Below are positions 1-9,963 of a stretch of 32,000 nucleotides of DNA, one piece after another. The notes under the pieces were generated by a model, which saw only the letters and a list, made by a program, of their open reading frames with translations, was not told where the DNA came from and searched no databases. Origin of the DNA: Wallemia ichthyophaga EXF-994 (Eukaryota > Fungi > Basidiomycota); NCBI RefSeq assembly GCF_000400465.1, contig NW_008806278.1, forward strand, positions 262,592 through 294,591. Direction: 5' to 3'. Every line of letters starts with the position of its first letter. Position 1 is the first letter of the stretch. A program made the position numbers and the translations under genes.

Positions 1-614
1 ACTTCCGCGAAGCTCGGCTTCCTCTTCTGCTCTTAGTGATGCCTTCTCTTCTTCTGTCATTGTCACCTAATCGATTGTGAAAATCAGACGCGTCCGGAGG
101 TATAAACAAAGACACACACCTCAGCGCGACCAGCGAGATCTTTGACGAGGGAGAAGTCACCAATCTGAATAACATGAACTTAGGATCAACGCGTCTAAGC
201 TTTACGCACGTAGTCTTTGAATGCCTCGCCACCAAACATCTGACCGAAAAGAGCTTCAGGATCTAAGCTGTCTGCATTAGCAGCACCTGATTCCTTCTTG
301 CCATTCTTATCGTACCAGGCTCTCTCGTGTGGGTCTTTTAGGATAGAGTAAGCCTCACCGATCTTCTGGAATTTCTCTTCAGCGCCAGGGGATTGGTTCT
401 GGTTTGTAAAGTTGAGTGTATGTGGTAGAGAGCGAGCAAGCGTATACCTTGTCTGGGTGCCATTGGATTGCAGCCTTCCTGTAAGCCTTCTTACTGAGAT
501 ATTGATCGACTAAGCATGGCGCAGAGGAAAGGGGAAAATCTACACGCACAGCTCTAAATCTGTAGCCTCAGGCTTGACACTGAGTAAATCGTAATATTCC
601 GTGTCTTTCACCAT
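1..614 (-). CDS. DnaJ/Hsp40 protein, Djp1/Caj1 type (5' part; runs off the window start)
   Basis: Manual splicing from ATG 614 gives [67 protein letters not shown]...DPEALFGQMFGGEAFKDYIG. The J-domain has an intact HPD motif and the FGQMFGG/IG segment typical of Djp1/Caj1. Four short GT-AG introns are visible. Confidence 0.9.
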
Positions 615-648
615 CGTGGCTGCGATTGAAGCGGGTTGATCGCCAACG
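615..648. promoter_or_regulatory. 34-nt head-to-head spacer (putative bidirectional promoter/overlapping 5' UTRs)
   Basis: Only 34 nt separate the DnaJ ATG (614, minus) from the Snx41 ATG (649, plus). Both starts are preceded by ACG. Confidence 0.6.
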
Positions 649-2519
649 ATGACAACGTCTAACGAAGATTTAAATCCATTCAACCAGACCGATGAATTGG
701 ATGACTACAATGAGGAATACGATTCAAATAAATTTACAGCTCCGTTCACTCCTGACCAGCTCGCGCCTAAATCGACTACGCACGATAACGTGAATATCCA
801 GGTGAGATTTCCTGGCTTATACGTGGCTTATCTGATTTGTTGTAGATTATAGACGCAGTGAGATCCAATGAGGGCGCTAAAGCATCATATATCACTTATA
901 TTATTCAATCTGATGTAAGTGTCAGCCTCCGTCTATGGCTCGCAAACTCAATTCCCTGCAGTCTCAGCAAGTCGCAAGAAGATATTCCGAATTCGAATCA
1001 TTGCGCCATGTCCTTGGAAGGCTCTACCCTACGCTCATCATACCACCTATACCTTCAAAGCACTCAATCGGTGAATACGCCAACAAATCAAAAGAAGAGA
1101 CTAAAATAGTCACGGCCAGGAAGACAACACTGCAGGATTTCTTGTCACGTATCGCAAAACACCCGATTCTTGGCAGAGAACACTTCTTCCACAAGTTCTT
1201 ATCTGCAGAGATATCCTGGAAACACGTTCTTAACAGTCCTCCTATTTCTAAATTGCCTAGAAACCCCTTACACGTTTCTTCAAACGATCCCACAAATGAC
1301 AAGAACGTTGCTGCATATGCGTCATTACCCACACCTTCCCCTTCTCAGCCACTAAGAAGACCTGATCAAAGGTTTCTCGATAGTGAAATGTTCACCGCAA
1401 AGTTTGCTCAGCATTTTGAGAGCTCTTTGGAGAGGGTTGATAGACGAACGACCAAGAGGTGGTCTGGTGAGTTTCTCTCGGAGATTCGGCTAATTTGCTC
1501 ACACTTTTAGGTATCGCCAATGATTATGCCGAATTGGGAGCCGTCTTCAATGGCTTTGGTCTGACTGAGTCAGATACACTGGCTGCTGCTTTAGAAAAGA
1601 TTGGTCAAGCTGTTGATTCGACGTACATATCTACAAACGCAATGGTATGTCATGGTTATTGAGGTCTCGATGGACATACTGACAGAGCTGAAGCTTCAAG
1701 CTTGGGAGAAGGACTTCTCAAAGCCAATACACATTTATAGTCAATTTGCTCATATCATCAAAAAGCTGTTGGAATACAGACATCAAAAGCATGCGCAGCA
1801 TGAAATGCTTATCGATGCACTGGGTGCTAAACGCGAGCATCTCGTTGAGCTAGAAAGATCTGAACAAGAGGCACAAAGATTAGACGCAGCCTTGTCTAAA
1901 GGGCTCTCATCTACGAAATTACTGGATGAACCGCAACAAGATCAAGAGCAATTACAAGACAACAACAACAATGAAAATAGTCCAAATGAGCAAGAAGATA
2001 TGCCTTCTCAATCGATATTAACCGATAACTCATCGAGAGAGGTAAAAAAGCAGAAAAGCAACTTGAGTTTCTTGGGTGCTATATCACACACACTTCAAGG
2101 CATTATGGATGCTGATCCTGAAGCTACCAGGAGAAATAGTATTGGTAAGACGCGCGAGTCTATTCAAGGAGTGAGTCATGTCGGCAATCATATCGCAATC
2201 TAACAACGATACAGCTCGAGTCAGCATTAGAAGCATCTACATACGACGTAAGCTATACAAGCCAAACAATACAAGCCGATTTGGATAGGTTCCAACGACA
2301 GAAGGTTGCTGATATACGAGAAATGTGTATATCTTATGCAGAGTGTCACTCTAACTGGGCTAAATCTGTAAGAAGTTGAGTTTTATCGAAGAAACCCCCA
2401 CTGATAGCAAACAGAACGTCGAAATTTGGGAAGAAGCCAAGAAAGAGATTGAAGGCATAGATACCAGTTTGAATGACGAAGAGATTGAGGAATACTCGCA
2501 TCAATTTGATGATATTTGA
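649..2519 (+). CDS. SNX41: Sorting nexin Snx41/Atg20 family (PX + BAR domains)
   Basis: PX motifs RRYSEFESLR..LYPTLIIPPIPSK and LQDFLSRIAKHPIL are followed by FLDSEMFTAKFAQHF and the C-terminal ADLDRFQRQKVADIREM. Introns at 802-845, 915-961, 1467-1510, 1645-1693, 2171-2214 and 2368-2414 join in frame to TGA 2517-2519. Confidence 0.88.
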
Positions 2520-2615
2520 TTTTTATGAATGAACCCAATTGATTATTTGGTTTGAACCCCTTTTATTTTCCACTATCAACTCAACCGAACCGGCTGTACG
2601 GCATTGTCCACTTGA

Positions 2616-4887
2616 ATGATGAGTTCAGTATTTGCTCCAAAGGGAAAGAAGAAGGTTGGACCAAGTGCCCCATTTAAACCACCAGGCTCCTCCAAAGTGG
2701 AGAGCATATCCCTCGAGCAGGTCAAGGACTACAGGAACCAGCACAATCATATAGCTAAGAGGAAGCCACAGAGACAGGCTAGTCCTAATACGTTGGTTAT
2801 TCAAGCGTTTCCTACCTCCACCTAACCTCCTCGTAGAGATTCAGATGAAGACGCGCAAACACGGCAGCAGCTCATTCCTGAGAAATCTGTAGCGATGAGA
2901 AATCTCAAGCAGAAGGGTCCCATTGATTTCACACCAGATAATTCCTTTTCTGCGGCATCCACATGCAGTCCGTATGTAGACATTGAAGTCATTTAAGAAA
3001 CACCTTGACAATAACAATGTATAGCAGTAAATCACCTCCAGTAAGTAGGAAGAACAGATACAATAACAATTTGAAGAAATCAAATCTCAACAAGAAGTTT
3101 TCATTTTCACCAGAAGCTGAGACTCCAGTTGAGGAGAGACCTGCTAGACAGAGGAACAGAACAAACTTCTTACTGGATGACATTACCGGTGTTAGTACAC
3201 AGTCAGTCTGATTTGCTCTCGAGTTTTAAGCCCTCATGCCCTTCATAGATCTTCAGCTTCACCCGAAAAGGAGGAGAGCATCAGTCCTCCATTTCAATAC
3301 GAGCTTCGCGATTCCGGTTCAGAATCTCCGCCGAGCCTTGATGATGCAATTCTAGCCCCTTCAGCAAGCAAAGTGCGGAAATCAAGTCTTGATAGCTTGT
3401 CACCTATAAGAAAGAAGATAAGCGATAATCTTAATAAAAGCCCCAAGTTCGCAAAAAATCAAATTGGCAAGAAAAGAAGAGAGAGTGTCGATAAGAAAGA
3501 GCTCGATATGAAGGAATTATCGCCCAAAAAGAAGAAGGGAGATAAGCAGTCGCGTAAGGAGAAAGAAACAGGGGACGCAAAGAAAATAGAGCCGCACAAC
3601 ACAAAGATCAACGTGTCTCGTTCTGCAAATTACGAAGATGATGAGGGTGAACCCACGCCAAAGAAGAGGAGGGGCAATAACAACATTCAAAACAGCACGA
3701 ATGAAGACGTTAATGAAAACAGTATTGAAGTGAGCAATCCTCTAGCTTCAAAACCAAAAGCGAAGAAGCTTCAGCGTATAATTGTCGCCAATACTAAAAA
3801 GCCCTCTGTTGATCCGGTTGAACAGAGTCAGAAAGACGGCTTATTTAAAGAGTGTGATGTTATCAACTCCTATATAACGTCAGTCTCTCAAGAAGAGCAG
3901 CAGAAATCACCAAAATCGTCCGGGGCTAGGAACAGAGCCATTGCCACTGCAGTTAGACTATCAGAAGATGAAGATGCTGATGGTGACGTTGTGCAGGGTA
4001 AGAAAAAGGCAACTACGAGCTCACAACCACATCCAAAGAAAGAATCGATTCTCTTGAGTGGTGACAAAAGACCCAAACCAAAGCCCAAGGCAAGGGCTGC
4101 TAAACAACAAAATCATTCCAACCAATCAAACATTCCAGCGTTTTTTAAGCCAACTGTCAAGCCATCTGACATACAACTATGTCCAGTGTGCGATAACAAA
4201 TTACCCCACCTTCGAACTCAACATCTCAAAACGGTATTGAAAGAGTTCTTGAATGTCGCTAAATTATCACCTAGAACTTCGAACCCATACGGGATGAAAG
4301 CACACGTTGTTGCGGAATCTGAACTCTGTACAGCCCACGAACTAGATACAAAAGTTATACCAGAAGGTCAGAAAAAAGGATACCCAATTGAGCATGATTG
4401 GAATAGAGTTTCAGATAGGATCATGAAGCTGAGCAAGAAAATCAAAGTTGTGATCAAATATAAAGAAAGTAGTAGATTTTGGATCAAAGCTCGTGAAGAT
4501 TATGCTAAGGTTGGTAGTAAAAAGGCTAACGGACTTGATGTTCAGTTTGAGAATTTCGAGGATGAACAGCCTGGGTATTATGGAGAGATAGGTTTGATGG
4601 TAATATCATTCACTCTTAATGCATTGTCAACGAGCAAGCCAAAAAGCAAAATAAAGCTCAACCAAAGTCTTACGAATCCACTTTCACCCAAAGATTTCAT
4701 TAGACGGGTACTGGTCCCGGAGGTTGCCAACCTTTTGATTGCTCAAGACAGGGGCGTATCGACGGAGATTGCAGAAGAGATTAGAAGGGATAGTAGAGAA
4801 TACGGTAATGCTGTATTCAGTGCTGACATGGAAGACATTGCTTGGAGGCCGCAGTTACCAACTGATCTTATCTCAGACTCAGAGTAG
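2616..4887 (+). CDS. RTC4-like domain protein (long Lys/Ser-rich disordered N-terminus)
   Basis: The last exon (ORF 3373-4887) has CPVC...LC.AH, then QPGYYGEIG and VLVPEVANLLIAQD...SREYG, the pattern of the fungal RTC4-like domain. The upstream exons (2616-~2799, 2837-~2970, ~3017-3201) are joined by short introns whose boundaries are less certain. Confidence 0.7.
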
Positions 4888-4979
4888 CCAGCTTATAATT
4901 GATGACATGACAGAATATGAATATAAGTGTAAAGATATATTTATTTTATTAAACGACTCAAGTGTTGTGACCTTAAAAG

Positions 4980-5541
4980 ATGTCGATTGAGGCTGAGAGA
5001 GAGATGGCTGCAAATGGAAATAGCTATAACGCAAACGGCCATCTTGATTATGAAGATTTATCCCAATTGTATGATTACCAAGTTGATTTTACAACACCTG
5101 GTAACATCAGCTTAGCCGCCAGACAAATACACTCTCAAAATAAAACGAGCGACAAGGAAGCTGATATGAGTGGTTCACCATTTGGAATTTCAGCCAACCC
5201 GGAAGGTATTTAAATGAGCGAATCAACGAACAGCTCGCTCATGTCATCTCAAAGGTGGATATGCTGTTGGCGGTGCAAAAACGGGATTGCCTTTGGGTAA
5301 AGCGACGGTATACGATAAGATGGTCGGTAATATCGACTACGTGAGTTATTTCGCGCGTTATACTACGTGTATATTCACACTATTAGGTTCTTGCCTTCAT
5401 CACCCGGTCCGATGACCAAAAAGTGAGCAGCTCCGATGAACTAGATAGGATACTAACGCCAATTGAAAGCAACTCGCAAAACTGAGGAAATATGGAGGGA
5501 AAAAGGCAGTCATAGGCGAGGCAAGGTCACCAAAGTTTTGA
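4980..5541 (+). CDS. Small hypothetical protein with a degenerate CsbD-like C-terminal segment
   Basis: Introns 5206-5254, 5341-5386 and 5423-5469 (canonical GT-AG, 46-49 nt) join in frame to give ...GGYAVGGAKTGLPLGKATVYDKMVGNIDYVLAFITRSDDQKQLAKLRKYGGKKAVIGEARSPKF*. The family assignment is by eye only. Confidence 0.6.
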
Positions 5542-5602
5542 TAAGTCTATCGCTCTTTACCAAAGATACTACAAGTACAAATATAATTTAATCATAAATA
5601 AT

Positions 5603-6221
5603 CTAGCCAACGAATCTAAAGCAATCAGCTGTTTTTGTAACATTCATTAATACTTTCCGCGTTTTATTATCAAACAACCTACAGATGATGAACCAGTTAT
5701 CGTTCTCATTGCGTAATATAAAATTCTGCGAAAACGTTCTGGGTAATAGAATGATCTCCTTGTTCTTCTTCGATCCGAGACTCTTGCCGTCTGAAAGAGC
5801 ATTTATCGCGGCTGCTCCGTGCGCTACTAAGCCTGTTACGTTGAGGAGTATACTAGGCGGCACAGGAGCATTTGGAGTGATGACGTCTTGATGCTTGATT
5901 AGAATATCACTGCGAATCTGCCAGACAAACCCACCTTGTATTGGATGCGTATCCCAAGACTGAATCTCATGTTGACTTGCAGGGATACTCATGAACAGAT
6001 TGTGGACATTCTCCACACCTTGCACGGGTGTTCCATTGTACACAATAGCAGATGAAGGTCTGTACAGCTGCGACACTTTCTCCCTGTCTAGATCATACGC
6101 TTTGTAGTACGACTGTATCGAATTAGCGCAGAGAAAATAAAATTCAAATTGAACAAACTTCGACGAAAGATTCTGAGGTATCGTTGGCGAAATTCACAGC
6201 TGAGTCTTTGTTGTTGGTCAT
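5603..6221 (-). CDS. NXT1: NTF2-related export protein Nxt1 (p15)
   Basis: Spliced product MTNNKDSAVNFANDTSESFVESYYKAYDLDREKVSQLYRPSSAIVYNGTPV...SQHEIQSWDTHP...SILLNVTGLV...RTFSQNFIL...DCFRFVG shows the NTF2 fold with the Nxt1-type C-terminal FRFV. Three introns. Confidence 0.88.
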
Positions 6222-6262
6222 GAAGAGGAGACTGGGCTTCTCACCGTCTTCTCTTTTTCGCA
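6222..6262. promoter_or_regulatory. 41-nt head-to-head spacer between NXT1 and the CDP-alcohol phosphotransferase gene
   Basis: ATGs at 6221 (minus) and 6263 (plus). The left half is purine-rich and the right half pyrimidine-rich, so each gene has a CT-rich sense-strand leader. Confidence 0.55.
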
Positions 6263-7660
6263 ATGACGGGGAGTGCGATACCAGAGACGCATCTTAAAAA
6301 TCTACACAAATACAAGTACTCAGGCGTGGACAAGTGTGTATAGCCATCCTTATCACGCACTATTCTCACAAACCACCAGCTCTTTGCTTAGTCGATACCT
6401 TCTCAACCCGTACTGGAATAAGCGTGGGTATTTAAAGGGGTATGATCTTTGCATATCTCACAGCTACGCCAGTTGTCACTTTCTTTCCTCAATATATCGC
6501 TCCAAACGCTGTACGTTGCCGTAGGAAGTTGTAGCGGCTATCTAATTTCGATCACAGATTACATTCAGCGGTCTGCTTATCATTATCTTTAACTTGGCAA
6601 CCTTGCTTTACTACGATGGCAATTTTGAATGCTCTGCGAGCAACACTTGTCCACCAAATTGGATTTACTTCACGTGTGTTTGGGTTGATAGCGGGGAGTA
6701 CGCTAACAAATGTACAGCTGGGCTATTGGATTGTTTGCTTACCAATCTTTAGACGCAATAGATGGAAAACAAGCTCGTCGAACAGGTATGGCAGGTCCAC
6801 TCGGAGAGTTGTTCGACCATGGCTGCGATGCACTCAACACTACTTTAGAAGTAATCTTGAGTGCTGCTGCTCTGAACATCGGCAGAGGCTGGTGGTTAAT
6901 ACTCTCTCAAATTGCTACACTTGCCAACTTCTACCTCAGCACTTGGGAGGAATATCATACAGGCACACTCTTCCTCAGTGTCTTCTCAGGACCAGTTGAG
7001 GGAATTGTCATTATCGTCGGTTTGTATGCCCTTACTGGAGTATACGGCCCGCATATTTGGTCCATATCACTCAAGAGCTATTTAGGGGTGAATATTCAAA
7101 TCAATGAGTTGTTTATGGGTTTTGCTGGTGTTGGTTTATTAGCAAATATATACACAGCATACTCAAACGTTGATAAAAAGAGAAAATCGCGTCAAGACTA
7201 TCCGCAATCGCTTTCACCGTTGTGGGGATTATTGCCGTTCGTGTATCAGACATTTGTCAATGTTCTCTGGGTATGCGGACCATCATCAATTTCATTTAAC
7301 AAAGGAACTTATGTTACACCGTTATTGGTCTTCTTAATACAATGGGGCTTGCAATTCTCCCACCTAGTTGGTTTGATCATATTGGGACACGTCGCCAAGA
7401 TTGATTTCCCTAAATACTTACCGTCAATGTTTTTGACACTGTTGGTAGCAGTGGATAGCCACCTGCCAGCTCCTTTCTTACACTCTACTGAAATGAGCGC
7501 AAGATACACACTTTACACAATCACACTAGTGAATGGTCTAATATGGGCATACTTCGCTTGGTTTACAGTCAGTGATATTTGTGATTATCTAGGTATAAAA
7601 TGCTTTAAAGTCTTGAAGAGAGACGAGGAGGGTAGATGGGTTAAACCTAAATCTTTATAG
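6263..7660 (+). CDS. EPT1: Choline/ethanolamine phosphotransferase (CDP-alcohol phosphatidyltransferase, Cpt1/Ept1)
   Basis: Spliced N-terminus MTGSAIPETHLKNLHKYKYSGVD.SLLSRYLLNPYWNKLVTFFPQYIAPNAITFSG. The signature DGKQARRTGMAGPLGELFDHGCD matches D-G-x2-A-R-x8-G-x3-D-x3-D. Multiple TM segments; four 5' introns. Cpt1 versus Ept1 specificity cannot be resolved. Confidence 0.92.
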
Positions 7661-8504
7661 AATATAGATTCCTTAATATAGACCAATTATGAACTTTAAT
7701 TGATTTTGCTGGATTAACGTAAGCCATTGATTGATACTCTCCTCTCTGGTAGAATCCACAGAGATACTGATTGATAGTCTCGATTTCTATTTTGCTGACT
7801 TTGTCATTCGCGTTGATGAGGGAGTTGAACCGTTGTAAGTGATACGGCCGTATAGGGTTGTCCTCTTCATTCCAAATTCTGAATCGCAAGTGCTCGATTT
7901 GAGTTTCGAGCAAGCTGTTCCACACGCTGTACCAACCAGACAATAAAGAGAGCAATTTGATAGACGGTGGGAGATTATCGATGAGCCTTGATAGCAGATT
8001 GTGCCCTTCATCTTCTTCGTAGAATACAGAGAGAGATACCAACTTGTTTGAGTCACTTATAGATTTGAATAGGTCATTTGGGGTATTAAGATTTGTCTTG
8101 TTTATGGATATAGAGAGGTGCTTCAAATTACGCTGACTATTTAGTAAACCAGCAACCATATCCAGGTCACGTTGATCTTCCAACATGACATCTATATCTA
8201 AAGATTCACATTGGAGCTGATATTCTAGCACGACTGAATGAAAAGGCGGAAGAAATTCGAGTGAGTTTATCGAAGGACGCTTGTACACGTGCGGCAGGAT
8301 GATGTTTTGAAAATTTCTACAAACTCTGCCGAATCTAAGCAGAGTTCTCCTATCGAGATTGAGCACTACCATATCAAGGAGCTCATCAGGTAATTTGTGA
8401 ATATGGCATTCTTTTTTACGCTTAGATTTTGGTTTGGTTGGCGAATCCTGGAGGTCGTAGCGCCTTTTGATCTGCTTGGAAGGTGTTGACGGTGGCTGTA
8501 TCAT
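7647..8504 (-). CDS. F-box protein (single exon, 285 aa)
   Basis: ATG-started ORF with the F-box pattern IHKLPDELLDMVVLNLDRRTLLRFGRVCRNFQNII, followed by degenerate LRR-like repeats (NLKHLSI, KLVSLSV, SIKLLSL). Confidence 0.8.
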   Translation of the reverse strand: MIQPPSTPSKQIKRRYDLQDSPTKPKSKRKKECHIHKLPDELLDMVVLNLDRRTLLRFGRVCRNFQNIILPHVYKRPSINSLEFLPPFHSVVLEYQLQCESLDIDVMLEDQRDLDMVAGLLNSQRNLKHLSISINKTNLNTPNDLFKSISDSNKLVSLSVFYEEDEGHNLLSRLIDNLPPSIKLLSLLSGWYSVWNSLLETQIEHLRFRIWNEEDNPIRPYHLQRFNSLINANDKVSKIEIETINQYLCGFYQRGEYQSMAYVNPAKSIKVHNWSILRNLYSIKI

Positions 8505-8681
8505 TTAACGACGCGTTTCTTACCATAAAATGAGATTTAAGGGGGATAAAAAGGGTTTAGACGCGACAATGAATCTTATGAGCAAGAATTTTTAATTAAT
8601 TTATAAAAATCAGTTGAATTTTACATTTGTGACGACATCTCAAGTGGCGCTAATTTGAAATCGAGTTTGTCATACACCACC

Positions 8682-9870
8682 ATGTTCGCCGCTAGATCAT
8701 TCACCAAAGCAGTACGTGGGATATCGTGCTAATCGCGCTAGAAGAAACAAAGCTGACAGTGCGGAAGACACGCCAATACTCAACTGGACCACAGGGTGGC
8801 CAATCGAAGCAATTCTACATCGGAGCGTGTGTATCAGTAATTGTTTAATTTAACCAAGTCTAATGATATTCAGTGCTGGTGCACTTGCTGCGCTCGTCGG
8901 TGGATACTCTTACCTCAACAAAGATTCTCCTTCCGGTCCTCTTCCAATGTCGACACCAAAGTCTGATAGAATCGGTGCTCTCCAAACTCCTCAAATCGCT
9001 TTGACTAAGGATGGCTTCACTAACCTCACCTTGAAGAACGTCAAGAAGTATAACCACGATTCGTCCATCTTTGAATTTGACGTGAGTTTGGTGTGTACAC
9101 TCTACGATAAAACTCACTTCCTTAATAGCTCCCTGGTTCTTCAGTTTCTGGTCTCGAGCCTGCAGGTCTCGTCGTCTGTAAGGCTGCCGATGACTCCGTT
9201 ACTGGTGACAATGGCAAGCCAGTCATGAGACCATACACTGTAAGCGTTTCACTCACATTTTTACTACAATCTAATCGCTCTATTGTAGCCTATTTCAACC
9301 GCCGACAAGCGCGGCAGTATAGATTTCTTAATCAAGAAGTACGATGATGGTAAATTCACCCCACATGTCCATGGATTGAAGCCAGGTGATCAACTTGCTA
9401 TCAAAGGTCCAATTCAAAAATTCAAGTGGGTTCCAAACACATACGAAAAGGTCGGATTCGTTTTAGGTGGTAGTGGTGTTACACCTGGTTTGCAATTGAT
9501 TGAAACTATCCTCAACAACCCAGCAGACAAGACCAAGGTTACCCTCTTGTTCTCCAACAAGACTCCTGAGGACATATTATTGAAGGAGGTGTTTGATGAC
9601 TTCAAGAAGAAGCACTCTGACCAATTCGATGTCATCTACTCTATTGATCAACCTGCCAAGGGTTGGAATGGACACGTTGGATACTTTAATGGTGAATTCT
9701 TGAAGCAACACCTCCCTGCACCAGACTCTAACTCCAAGACATACGTCTGTGGTCCTCCACCAATGATGAAGGCCATTTCTGGTGGTAAGACGAGCAAAGG
9801 TGCTCAAGGTGAATTGACTGGTGTATTGAAGGATATGGGTTACAAGGAAGATCAAGTCTTCAAGTTCTAG
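8682..9870 (+). CDS. MCR1: Mitochondrial NADH-cytochrome b5 reductase
   Basis: Presequence-like MFAARSFTKAVRKTRQYS, a hydrophobic anchor, RPYT|P split by an intron, GKFTPH, GGSGVTPGLQ, LLFSNKT and CGPPPMM. Four introns. Confidence 0.92.
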
Positions 9871-9899
9871 ATATGAAAATAACTTCTAGATATGAAAAT
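9865..9899 (+). repeat. 16-bp direct repeat duplicating the MCR1 stop codon
   Basis: TTCTAGATATGAAAAT occurs at 9865-9880 and at 9884-9899. Confidence 0.85.
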
Positions 9900-9963
9900 T
9901 GTACTTAGATATTAAACTATGAACAAGCATGGAATTCTGCTTCATCAGTGTTTGTACTTTATG

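Noticed and set aside
5603-6076. Stop-free, in-frame (3n) introns in NXT1 (48 and 54 nt), DUF2420 (45 and 48 nt), VPS9 (45 nt) and SPO11 (48 nt)
   Set aside because: With introns this short, a rough estimate (one third are 3n, just under half of those stop-free) predicts a similar number by chance, so there is no sign of enrichment.
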